Assembly: GCA_038823825.1 (NCBI GenBank)
Contig: JAWBCC010000003.1
Location: 30,001-62,000 of the forward strand
Direction: 5' to 3'
DNA from: Candidatus Hadarchaeales archaeon
Lineage (GTDB): Archaea; Hadarchaeota; Hadarchaeia; Hadarchaeales; Hadarchaeaceae
Length of the DNA: 32,000 nucleotides
The stretch's first letter is position 1. Every line of letters begins with the position of its first letter. Made by a program: the position numbers and the translations under genes. The notes under the pieces are model-generated. The model was given only the letters and a program-made list of their open reading frames with translations, was not told where the DNA came from and ran no database searches. This document shows, piece by piece, positions 19,697 through 27,766 of this stretch.

Positions 19697-21259
19697 ATGG
19701 TCATGGAAAGAGAGATCTTTATTAGCAGTCTTATGAGGGAAATGCGAAAAAATCTGAATCTCCCAAAGAGAGTTAGGATTTTTGATACTACTCTCAGGGA
19801 TGGTGAGCAAACTCCAGGAGTCTCGCTCACTCCCGAGCAGAAGCTGATAATAGCGAGGCAACTTGATAAGCTCGGTGTTGATGTTATCGAAGCTGGAATG
19901 CCTGTTGTATCAGAGGGGGAGAAAAGGGCTGTGAAAATGATTGCAGGCAACGGTCTACAGGCGGAAATATGTGCCTTAGCGAGATGCACGAAGGAAGATA
20001 TAGACGCTGCTCTCGATTGCGATGTCGATAGTGTACATATTTTCATCGCGACTTCTGATATTCATCTTAAGCACAAGCTAAAACTCACGAGAGCTCAAGC
20101 GCTGGAGAAGGCGATAGAGCATGTCGAATATGCAAAAAAACACGGGGTGATTGTGGAGTTTTCTGCCGAGGATGCGACGAGGAGTGATTTAGAATATCTT
20201 AAGAAAGTTTATAAGGCAGTTGAAGAGGTCGGAGCGGATAGAATAAATGTTCCAGATACCGTGGGCGTGGCAACACCGCGCGTGATGTTCCACCTAATCC
20301 AAGAGATTACAAAAGCGGTAAAAATACCCGTAAGTGTTCACTGCCATAATGATCTGGGACTAGCTGTTGCGAATTCTTTGGCCGGCGTGGAGGCGGGAGC
20401 CGAACAGGTTCACGTGACAGTAAACGGACTCGGAGAAAGAGCTGGAAATGCTTCTCTCGAAGAAGTTGTCATTGCTATGAGGATGTTCTACGGAATAAAA
20501 CCACGCATTAAAACGAAGCTGCTTGTGGAGACGTCCGAGCTTGTTGAGAGAATCACGGGAATGCAAGTTCCTCCAAACAAACCAGTTGTTGGCGAGAATG
20601 CTTTCGCTCACGAATCGGGCATACATGTTCATGGTGTGCTTCAGTTTCCGGGGACATATGAACCGCTCTCGCCCGAGCTTGTGGGGCACAGACGTAGGCT
20701 GGTTCTTGGAAAACACGCCGGTAGTCGCTCTGTCGCGGCCTGCTTGCGAGATCTGGGAATCAAAGTAACGAAACAGCAGTTGAGGGAAGTCACGAGAAAA
20801 GTCAAAGAGCTCGGAGATAAGGGGAAAAAAGTGACCTTGGCGGATTTGCGTGCGATAGCTGAAAGTGTGGTCGGTTCGCTTCCACCGGAGGAAAAGGTCG
20901 TGGAGTTGAAAGAGATAACTGTTACAACAGGAAACACGATAACTCCGACGGCTTCCGTTAGGTTGAGGATAAAGGATGAAGAAAAAATCGGTGCCTCAAC
21001 CGGTGTAGGTCCAGTCGATGCCGCTATTGGAGCGATCAGAAAAGCGATTGGTGAAATATCCTCTCTCCGCTTAAAAGAATATCATCTGGATGCGATCACC
21101 GGTGGGAGTGATGCGTTGGCGGAGGTCACTGTCAAACTGGAAGACGAAAAAGGAAACATTTATGTCGCCAAAGGGATCCGCGAAGATGTAGTGTTGGCCA
21201 GCGTAGACGCGATGATAAATGGAATTAACCTCTGGTTTAGGGAGAGAAGACCTTCCTGA
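19697..21259 (+). CDS. 2-isopropylmalate synthase / (R)-citramalate synthase family enzyme, with C-terminal LeuA regulatory domain (paralogue 2)
   Basis: [51 protein letters not shown], and C-terminal [14 protein letters not shown]. 520 aa from ATG 19697. Internal ATGs at 19733 and 19742 would give a more typical N-terminus. Confidence 0.9.
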   Translation: MVMEREIFISSLMREMRKNLNLPKRVRIFDTTLRDGEQTPGVSLTPEQKLIIARQLDKLGVDVIEAGMPVVSEGEKRAVKMIAGNGLQAEICALARCTKEDIDAALDCDVDSVHIFIATSDIHLKHKLKLTRAQALEKAIEHVEYAKKHGVIVEFSAEDATRSDLEYLKKVYKAVEEVGADRINVPDTVGVATPRVMFHLIQEITKAVKIPVSVHCHNDLGLAVANSLAGVEAGAEQVHVTVNGLGERAGNASLEEVVIAMRMFYGIKPRIKTKLLVETSELVERITGMQVPPNKPVVGENAFAHESGIHVHGVLQFPGTYEPLSPELVGHRRRLVLGKHAGSRSVAACLRDLGIKVTKQQLREVTRKVKELGDKGKKVTLADLRAIAESVVGSLPPEEKVVELKEITVTTGNTITPTASVRLRIKDEEKIGASTGVGPVDAAIGAIRKAIGEISSLRLKEYHLDAITGGSDALAEVTVKLEDEKGNIYVAKGIREDVVLASVDAMINGINLWFRERRPS

Positions 21260-21281
21260 TATTGCACAAAATTGTGCAATA
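21260..21281. promoter_or_regulatory. perfect inverted repeat TATTGCACAA-aa-TTGTGCAATA (candidate operator of the trp operon)
   Basis: 10-nt arms with a 2-nt spacer, read directly from the sequence. It lies immediately upstream of the trpE TATA-like box. A third half-site copy is at 21292-21304. Confidence 0.5.
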
Positions 21282-21284
21282 AAG

Positions 21285-21292
21285 TATTAAAT
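21285..21292 (+). promoter_or_regulatory. TATA-like box TATTAAAT of trpE
   Basis: Centred ~27 nt upstream of ATG 21316. trpE has no SD, whereas trpG, D, C, F, B and A all have GGAGG/GGTG sites. This suggests a leaderless first cistron. Confidence 0.5.
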
Positions 21293-21315
21293 AGTGCATT
21301 AAAGAAACTATTCTG

Positions 21316-22773
21316 ATGCAAAAACAAGTCGAGAAACTGGAAAAAATTGCAAGGGAAATCGGAACACCCTGTATACTTCCGGTTTCAATAAAAATAAGTG
21401 GATGTAAGGATCCAGCCGAGATTTATTTCAGAATAAGATCTCTCTATCATCCTTCATTTCTTTTTGAATCCTCCGGAGGTCCAATCAAGATAGGGCGATA
21501 TTCTGTGATAGGCTTTGATCCAATTTTTCATTTCTGTGTTGAGGGAAAAACTAGAAGAGCGATCTTGAAAGGTGAAATCTTCGGTCGGTCGGCCGGAGAT
21601 GCGGATTCCTTGGAGATTCTAAAGAAAGTTGCAGGTGTTGATGAAGTCAAAACACCACATGTAACTCCACAATATCTTCTAGCATTTTTCGGCTGTGTCG
21701 GTTACGATTACGTGCGCGAGATGGTTCCGCTACCTGAAAACGCGGTCGATGATCTGGCCCACCCAATGTTGGAATTCATCCTTCCTTCCAAAATCATGAT
21801 TTTCGATCATCTTCGTTCTAAAACGACTTTTGCCTGCCTACTTCCGATTTCTGACGTTAGGGAAATTAGAAACAAGACAGATGAGGCCAGAAAAGCGATT
21901 TCTAGGATGGTTGCTATCCTCGGGAAAAAACCCAGAGAAGACAACACAGTGAAGCATGAGCGCTCAAACATTTCAAGACGGGACTTTGAGAGGAAGGTGG
22001 AAAGGGCTAAAGAATATATACGCGCCGGGGATGTTATTCAGGTTGTTCTTTCCAGAAGAATCGAGATTCGCCCAGCTCCGGATCCGGAGAACTTTTACTG
22101 GAAGCTGAGGTCTATCAATCCTTCGCCCTATATGTTTTTCTTAGATTTTCCGAAAAGAGTTTTGATAGGTTCAAGTCCAGAGCTTCTCGTGAAGGTAGAT
22201 GACGGAAAAGTTGTGACGAGACCGATAGCCGGAACTAGGAGGAGAGGCGACGAAGGCACGGATGTGGAACTCGAGAGAGATCTGCTGAGCAGCGAAAAAG
22301 AAAGGGCGGAGCATGTTATGCTGGTAGATCTCGGCCGCAACGACTTGGGCAAGGTTTGCACGTTTGGATCGGTTATGGTTGAGGAATTTATGAAGGTTGA
22401 GAAATACAGTCATGTTCAACATCTTGTGAGCACGGTCAGCGGGCAGTTGCGTCCAGACAAAGATTCCTTCGATGCTTTAAGAGCAACATTTCCGGCAGGC
22501 ACCGTTACCGGGGCACCAAAAGTCAGAGCAATGGAAATCATCGAAGAGCTAGAGCCGACTAGGAGAGGGCTCTATGCTGGCGCAGTAGGATGCTTCAGTT
22601 ATCAAAGGGAGGCAGATTTCGCAATCACGATAAGGGCAATGGTGATTCAGAATGGCACAGGATATATACAGGTTGGAGCCGGAATAGTGGCTGACTCGGT
22701 CGCTTGGAAGGAATATTACGAAACGGAGAATAAAGCGAGAGCACTTCTGGCTGCTGCAGGGGTGAGGTCATGA
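21316..22773 (+). CDS. trpE: anthranilate synthase component I
   Basis: FLFES feedback-site motif, GAPKVRAMEIIEELE, RGLYAGAVG. 485 aa. Confidence 0.95.
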   Translation: MQKQVEKLEKIAREIGTPCILPVSIKISGCKDPAEIYFRIRSLYHPSFLFESSGGPIKIGRYSVIGFDPIFHFCVEGKTRRAILKGEIFGRSAGDADSLEILKKVAGVDEVKTPHVTPQYLLAFFGCVGYDYVREMVPLPENAVDDLAHPMLEFILPSKIMIFDHLRSKTTFACLLPISDVREIRNKTDEARKAISRMVAILGKKPREDNTVKHERSNISRRDFERKVERAKEYIRAGDVIQVVLSRRIEIRPAPDPENFYWKLRSINPSPYMFFLDFPKRVLIGSSPELLVKVDDGKVVTRPIAGTRRRGDEGTDVELERDLLSSEKERAEHVMLVDLGRNDLGKVCTFGSVMVEEFMKVEKYSHVQHLVSTVSGQLRPDKDSFDALRATFPAGTVTGAPKVRAMEIIEELEPTRRGLYAGAVGCFSYQREADFAITIRAMVIQNGTGYIQVGAGIVADSVAWKEYYETENKARALLAAAGVRS

Positions 22774-23345
22774 GAATAGTGGTCATAGACAACATAGATT
22801 CCTTTGTCTACAATTTGGTTCATTATGTGGGGGAGCTTGGCGCAGAACCCGTGGTCTTCACAAAGGATGCAAATCTCATGGAAATCGAGCGTGCGAAACC
22901 CGATGGCATAATAATCTCTCCAGGTCCCGGTAGACCGGAAAATGCTGGAGTTTCCGTCACCGTTGTCAAAAAGTTTGCTGGTCGCGTACCCATTCTTGGC
23001 GTCTGTCTTGGTCATCAGGTTATAGGCCACGTCTTTGGGGCAAAGATCGTGCAGGCGAAGCGCCTAATGCATGGAAAGACTTCCAAAATAAGATATAGAC
23101 ATTGCGAAATTTTCAAAGGTTTACCCAACCCGTTTGAAGCTACGCGATATCATTCACTTGCGATAGACGCTTCAACTCTGCCAGAGGAACTGGAACTCAT
23201 AGCTTGGACGGATGACAGCGAAAAGGAAGTGATGGCTGTAAAACACATAGAATTTCCAGTTTTTGGTGTGCAGTTTCATCCAGAGTCCATTCTGACGAAA
23301 GATGGCAAGAAGATTATCAAGAATTTTCTGGAGGTAGTCAGATGA
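22770..23345 (+). CDS. trpG: anthranilate synthase component II (glutamine amidotransferase)
   Basis: GVCLGHQ nucleophile elbow and FHPESILT. ATGA overlap with trpE. Confidence 0.95.
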   Translation: MRIVVIDNIDSFVYNLVHYVGELGAEPVVFTKDANLMEIERAKPDGIIISPGPGRPENAGVSVTVVKKFAGRVPILGVCLGHQVIGHVFGAKIVQAKRLMHGKTSKIRYRHCEIFKGLPNPFEATRYHSLAIDASTLPEELELIAWTDDSEKEVMAVKHIEFPVFGVQFHPESILTKDGKKIIKNFLEVVR

Positions 23346-24400
23346 TTGTGGAAGAGGCGATCAAGAAACTCGTTCAAGGTCGGAATTTAACGTCCGAAGA
23401 GGCCGAGGGCGCAATGATGGAAATAATGTCTGGTGAGGTTTCACATACTAAAATCGCAGCTTTTCTGACCGCTTTAAGGATGAAAGGAGAAACAGTTGGT
23501 GAAATAGTTGCTTTTGCCAGAGTCATGAGAAATCTATGCGAGAAAGTTAGACCGAATGTTGACGGCAAACTTGTGGACACCTGCGGAACGGGTGGGGATA
23601 AACTCAAAACCTTTAACATAAGCACGGCAGCCATGTTTGTTGCGGCAGGTGCTGGTATACCGATTGCAAAGCATGGAAATCGGTCTGTGACGAGCAAGGC
23701 TGGCAGCGCGGATGTTCTGGAGGCTCTCGGTGTCAACATAATGCTTGGTCCCAGAGAAGTTGAGAGATGTATTGAAAGGGTAAGACTAGGTTTTATGTTT
23801 GCACCCCTCTTTCATAAAGCGATGAAAAATGTGATGCCGGTGAGAAAAGAACTTGGAATAAAGACGGTTTTCAACATCTTGGGTCCGCTTACGAACCCAG
23901 CCGATGTTCGAGCACAGGTCATCGGAGTCCCCGAGGCCGAACTTACAGAGAAAATAGCGATGGCCTTAAGAGAATTAGGTTGTGAAAAAGCGATGGTAGT
24001 TTACGGACTAGACGGTTTGGATGAAATATCCACCATTGGTAAAACAAAAATCTCTCTTCTTCAAGATGGTCTAATCACAACCCGCATAGTGGAGCCCGAA
24101 GAATTCGGTCTAAAGAGAACGAAGCCCGAATTTCTTTCTGGCGGAGATGCTGAAGAGAACGCAAAGATAATCGTTAGGGTTTTGATGGGAGAGGACAAGA
24201 TTAGGGAAGATATAGTCGTGTTGAATGCGGCCGCGGCTATATTTGTCGGAAATCTCGCTGATGATATGATTTCAGCCGTTGAAATGGCTAGGAATTCGAT
24301 TAAATCTGGAAAAGCTTTAGAAAAGCTTGAAATGTTCGTGGAGGAGACCGGCGGAGATTGTGAGAGGGTGAGGAGGCCAATAGATGGGATTTCTGGATAA
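23342..24400 (+). CDS. trpD: anthranilate phosphoribosyltransferase
   Basis: CGTGGDKLKTFNISTAA and KHGNRSVTSKAGSADVLEALG. ATGA overlap with trpG. Confidence 0.95.
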   Translation: MIVEEAIKKLVQGRNLTSEEAEGAMMEIMSGEVSHTKIAAFLTALRMKGETVGEIVAFARVMRNLCEKVRPNVDGKLVDTCGTGGDKLKTFNISTAAMFVAAGAGIPIAKHGNRSVTSKAGSADVLEALGVNIMLGPREVERCIERVRLGFMFAPLFHKAMKNVMPVRKELGIKTVFNILGPLTNPADVRAQVIGVPEAELTEKIAMALRELGCEKAMVVYGLDGLDEISTIGKTKISLLQDGLITTRIVEPEEFGLKRTKPEFLSGGDAEENAKIIVRVLMGEDKIREDIVVLNAAAAIFVGNLADDMISAVEMARNSIKSGKALEKLEMFVEETGGDCERVRRPIDGISG

Positions 24401-25121
24401 AATAACGGAGGAAGTGATCGCCGAAGTAAAAGAGAAACTCGGCAAAAAGAAGAGTTTGATAAATGCGATAAAAACTGCTAAAGGTGTGCCGGTCATAGCC
24501 GAGATAAAGTGGGTTTCACCTTCTGTGGGGAAAATCAGGGAAAGAGAAAATGCACTGGATATAGCTAAAGCTATGATAAGAGGTGGGGCAATCGGGTTGT
24601 CGGTTTTAACGGAGAAAAAGTTTTTCATGGGAGATCCTTCTCTGATAACAGAGTTAAAGAAGGAGATAGACGCACCGATTCTTTACAAGAACTTCGTGGT
24701 TCATCCGTATCAGATATTTGAGGCATTTAGTTCTGGTGCAGATGCGGTTCTTCTCATAGTTCGGGTTCTAAAGGATCGTCTCCAGGAATTCATGAAGCTA
24801 GCCGATGAGCTTGGGATGGAGAGTTTAGTGGAAGTTTTTGACGAAAAGGACGTTGAGTTAGCACTCTCTGCCGGAGCGGATTTCATCGGAATAAACAACA
24901 GGGATTTGGATACTTTTCAGGTAGACCTCTCGAGAACGGAGAGACTGATCAACCTGATACCTGAAGAAGTCATCGTGGTAAGCGAGAGTGGAATCTCAAC
25001 GAAGGGGGATGTGATCAAAGTCGTCACGGCTGGAGCGGACGCCATTTTGGTCGGAACGTCAATAATGAAATCTCCAAATCCGGAGGAGAAAGTCCGGGAA
25101 CTTGTAGGTGCTTTAGAATGA
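24384..25121 (+). CDS. trpC: indole-3-glycerol-phosphate synthase
   Basis: EIKWVSPS, LSVLTE and GINNRDL motifs. SD GGAGG at 24372-24376. 17-nt overlap with trpD. Confidence 0.93.
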   Translation: MGFLDKITEEVIAEVKEKLGKKKSLINAIKTAKGVPVIAEIKWVSPSVGKIRERENALDIAKAMIRGGAIGLSVLTEKKFFMGDPSLITELKKEIDAPILYKNFVVHPYQIFEAFSSGADAVLLIVRVLKDRLQEFMKLADELGMESLVEVFDEKDVELALSAGADFIGINNRDLDTFQVDLSRTERLINLIPEEVIVVSESGISTKGDVIKVVTAGADAILVGTSIMKSPNPEEKVRELVGALE

Positions 25122-25774
25122 TCGTCAAAATATGTGGCTTGATGAGGGTTGAGGATGCCGTAAAGGCGAGCAGGTTGGGAGCAGATATGATTGGAACGGT
25201 TTTGATTGAAGGTTCGAGAAGAAAAATATCGACCGAAAAAGCTTCTGAAATTTTCAGTGCGGTTCGAGAAATTGGGAAAACAAAATGTGTAGTTCTTTGC
25301 AGACCTTTCAGTTTACGGGAAGTTTTAGAGCTAGATGAAAAGCTCAAGCCGGATTGCTTACAACTTCACCCTGCGACTCCGATCTCGTTGATCGAAGAAA
25401 TAAAGAAAGAAATTTCCAGCGATCTCATTCTAATCGTCCCGATTCCATCCGAAGGAGCGAATTTTGAATCGGTTCTGTCCCGCATGTTGGAGATTCAGGA
25501 CTTCGCAGACTTCTTGCTTTTGGATACATTCGGACCACAAGGGGGTGGAACTGGCAAACCGCACGACTGGGAAATAAGCAGGAGATTGGTTGAGAGATCA
25601 AAGAAGCCAGTCCTGTTGGCAGGTGGGCTTTCTCCTGAGAATGTTCTTGAAGCAATCAAAGTTGTGAGACCAGCCGGTGTGGATGTTGCCAGCGGTGTCG
25701 AGGAAGAAGTTGGTGTCAAGGATGAGAAACTGATGAAGGAGTTTATAAGAAAAGCAAAAGGTGGGTTTCTATGA
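25118..25774 (+). CDS. trpF: phosphoribosylanthranilate isomerase
   Basis: MIVKICGL..., LDTFG..GGTGKPHDW, VLLAGGLSPENV. ATGA overlap with trpC. Confidence 0.92.
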   Translation: MIVKICGLMRVEDAVKASRLGADMIGTVLIEGSRRKISTEKASEIFSAVREIGKTKCVVLCRPFSLREVLELDEKLKPDCLQLHPATPISLIEEIKKEISSDLILIVPIPSEGANFESVLSRMLEIQDFADFLLLDTFGPQGGGTGKPHDWEISRRLVERSKKPVLLAGGLSPENVLEAIKVVRPAGVDVASGVEEEVGVKDEKLMKEFIRKAKGGFL

Positions 25775-26937
25775 AAGGGAGGTTTGGAAGATTTGGAGGG
25801 CAGTATGTAAGTGAGATTTTGATGCACGCTTTGATAGAATTGGAAGAAGCATTTGAAAAGATTTATCCTTCGGAGGAATTTCAGCGAGAGTATCAAACTT
25901 TGTTGCGCGATTATGCTGGGCGTCCAACTCCGCTCTACCACGCAAAGGGTCTCAGCGAGTTGGTCGGTTGTAAAGTTTACCTCAAGCGTGAAGACTTGCT
26001 CTGCGGCGGTTCGCACAAGTTAAACAACTCTCTGGGCCAAGCTCTGCTTGCAAAAAAGATGGGAAAGAAGAGACTGATAACGGAAACGGCAGCCGGGCAA
26101 CATGGACTTTCCGTTGCAATGGCTGGGAATGTGGTGGGGCTCTCTGTTGATATCTTCATGGGTGTCAAAGACATCGAACGACAAGAAAGTAATGTCAAGA
26201 GGATGAGATTGCTCGGAGCCCGCGTTATCCCGGTGACTACCGGTAGCGGGGTTCTGAAGGATGCGGTTTCTGACACGCTTCGTGAATGGGCAAGATGTTC
26301 GCGTGATACTCATTATCTGATGGGTTCGACTGTTGGACCGCATCCGTTCCCTGAGATCGTTGCGACTTTCCAGAGCGTGATCGGGGAGGAAATCAAAAGA
26401 CAGATTCTAGAGAAAGAGGGTAGACTACCAGATGCCATAGTAGCTTGCGGAAGTGGGGGAAGCAATGCTATCGGCGCGTTTAGACCTTTCATCGAGGAGA
26501 AGGAAGTTCGTCTTTATTTTGTTGAGGGGGGAGGAGAAAGTTTGAACGCAGATAATAGTGCAGCAGCCTTTGTTCTCGGTAGACCCGGAGTTCTACACGG
26601 GGCATTTATGCAAATTCTGCAAGATGAATATGGTCAGATAAAACCGTCAAAGACTAGGGCAGCCGGTCTCAACTATCCCGGGCGTGGTCCGGAAATTTCA
26701 TACCTCTGTGAAATAGGCAGGGTAAAACCTTGTTATGCATTCGATAACGAAGTCTTTGAAGCGGCGAAAACGGTGAGCAGAGTTGAGGGTCTGATTCCGG
26801 CGCTAGAGACTGCTCACGCTCTAGCATACGTTCTGAATCACAAGGAAGAATTTGAGAAAGATGACATTGTGGTTGTAAACTTCTCCGGCCGTGGGGACAA
26901 AGATCTGGAGGTGATTCTGAAGTATGTCGAGGCTTGA
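25771..26937 (+). CDS. trpB: tryptophan synthase beta chain (divergent TrpB1-like)
   Basis: PLP lysine in GGSHKLNN, then ETAAGQHG, GGSNAIG, GLIPALETAHA and NFSGRGDKD. ATGA overlap with trpF. Several normally invariant positions are substituted (see findings). Confidence 0.93.
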   Translation: MKGRFGRFGGQYVSEILMHALIELEEAFEKIYPSEEFQREYQTLLRDYAGRPTPLYHAKGLSELVGCKVYLKREDLLCGGSHKLNNSLGQALLAKKMGKKRLITETAAGQHGLSVAMAGNVVGLSVDIFMGVKDIERQESNVKRMRLLGARVIPVTTGSGVLKDAVSDTLREWARCSRDTHYLMGSTVGPHPFPEIVATFQSVIGEEIKRQILEKEGRLPDAIVACGSGGSNAIGAFRPFIEEKEVRLYFVEGGGESLNADNSAAAFVLGRPGVLHGAFMQILQDEYGQIKPSKTRAAGLNYPGRGPEISYLCEIGRVKPCYAFDNEVFEAAKTVSRVEGLIPALETAHALAYVLNHKEEFEKDDIVVVNFSGRGDKDLEVILKYVEA

Positions 26938-27742
26938 AGAAATTTTTGAAAAGCTCTCGAGAAAAAAAGAGGGGGCATTTATGCCGCACGTTTATGTCGG
27001 AGATCCGAGTTATGAATTTTCGCTCAGATTAATCGAAAAATTGAAGGAAGCTGGAGCCGACATCTTGGAGCTTGGCGTGCCTTTCTCCGATCCTATTGCA
27101 GATGGGCCGGCATTTATCGCAGCATGTGAGCGGGCCTTGAGGGCTGGGATGACGCCTCAGAAGTTTCTGCAGGCACTCAAAGAAATTCGATCTAGCGGAA
27201 TAAAATCACCAATCGTGGTGACAGCGTATGCAAACACGATTTTTGCGAACAGAGGATTTATAGAGAAGCTGGCGGATTTAGGTGTTGACGGTCTTATCGT
27301 TCCCGATATGCCGTTTGAGGAATCTGGAGAGTTGCTTGCCAAGACTAATGAGTTTGAAATTGATTTAATTCTGCAGATTGCTCCGACTACGAGTGATGAA
27401 AGGTTAATTAAAATTCTTGAGAATGCCTCTGGATTTGTTTACGTCATAAATTTTGAGGGCGTGACTGGACCTCGAGAGGATATCCCGGAAAGCACGATAG
27501 AACTCGTAAAAAAGGTTAGGAAGCACTCAGAGATCCCGCTGGTGGCCGGTTTTGGTATATCCAAACCCGAACATGCGAGAAAGCTCATCGCCGGTGGTGC
27601 GGATGGAGTGGCAGTTGGAAGTATTTTTGCTGAGATCTATTCGGAGAATGAAGAAAATCAAGCTCTTCAGAAGGTTTTCGAGTTGGCGAAGTCTATCAAG
27701 GAAGCCTGTGTCAAAGGATATAAAGAGAGAATTACCAAATAA
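26924..27742 (+). CDS. trpA: tryptophan synthase alpha chain
   Basis: LELGVPFSDPIADGP (catalytic Glu and Asp) and VAGFGIS. SD GGAGGTGA at 26907-26914. 14-nt overlap with trpB. Confidence 0.93.
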   Translation: MSRLEEIFEKLSRKKEGAFMPHVYVGDPSYEFSLRLIEKLKEAGADILELGVPFSDPIADGPAFIAACERALRAGMTPQKFLQALKEIRSSGIKSPIVVTAYANTIFANRGFIEKLADLGVDGLIVPDMPFEESGELLAKTNEFEIDLILQIAPTTSDERLIKILENASGFVYVINFEGVTGPREDIPESTIELVKKVRKHSEIPLVAGFGISKPEHARKLIAGGADGVAVGSIFAEIYSENEENQALQKVFELAKSIKEACVKGYKERITK

Positions 27743-27766
27743 AATTTTGCTGAAAGGTGGTTGAAA

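Noticed and set aside
19378-20046. Two small ORFs on opposite strands (19378-19668 plus, 19684-20046 minus) share the peptide [13 protein letters not shown]-x-I, which looks like a mirrored mini-gene pair.
   Set aside because: Both are the antisense reading of the conserved [13 protein letters not shown] codons of the two divergent synthase paralogues. The similarity is a by-product of the paralogy and not evidence of separate genes.
21260-21281. The inverted repeat read as an intrinsic terminator hairpin for the upstream synthase gene.
   Set aside because: The 2-nt spacer is too short for a loop without melting the stem, and no oligo-U tract follows. Archaeal termination relies on oligo-T rather than hairpins. 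The third half-site copy downstream of the TATA box fits a protein-binding role better.
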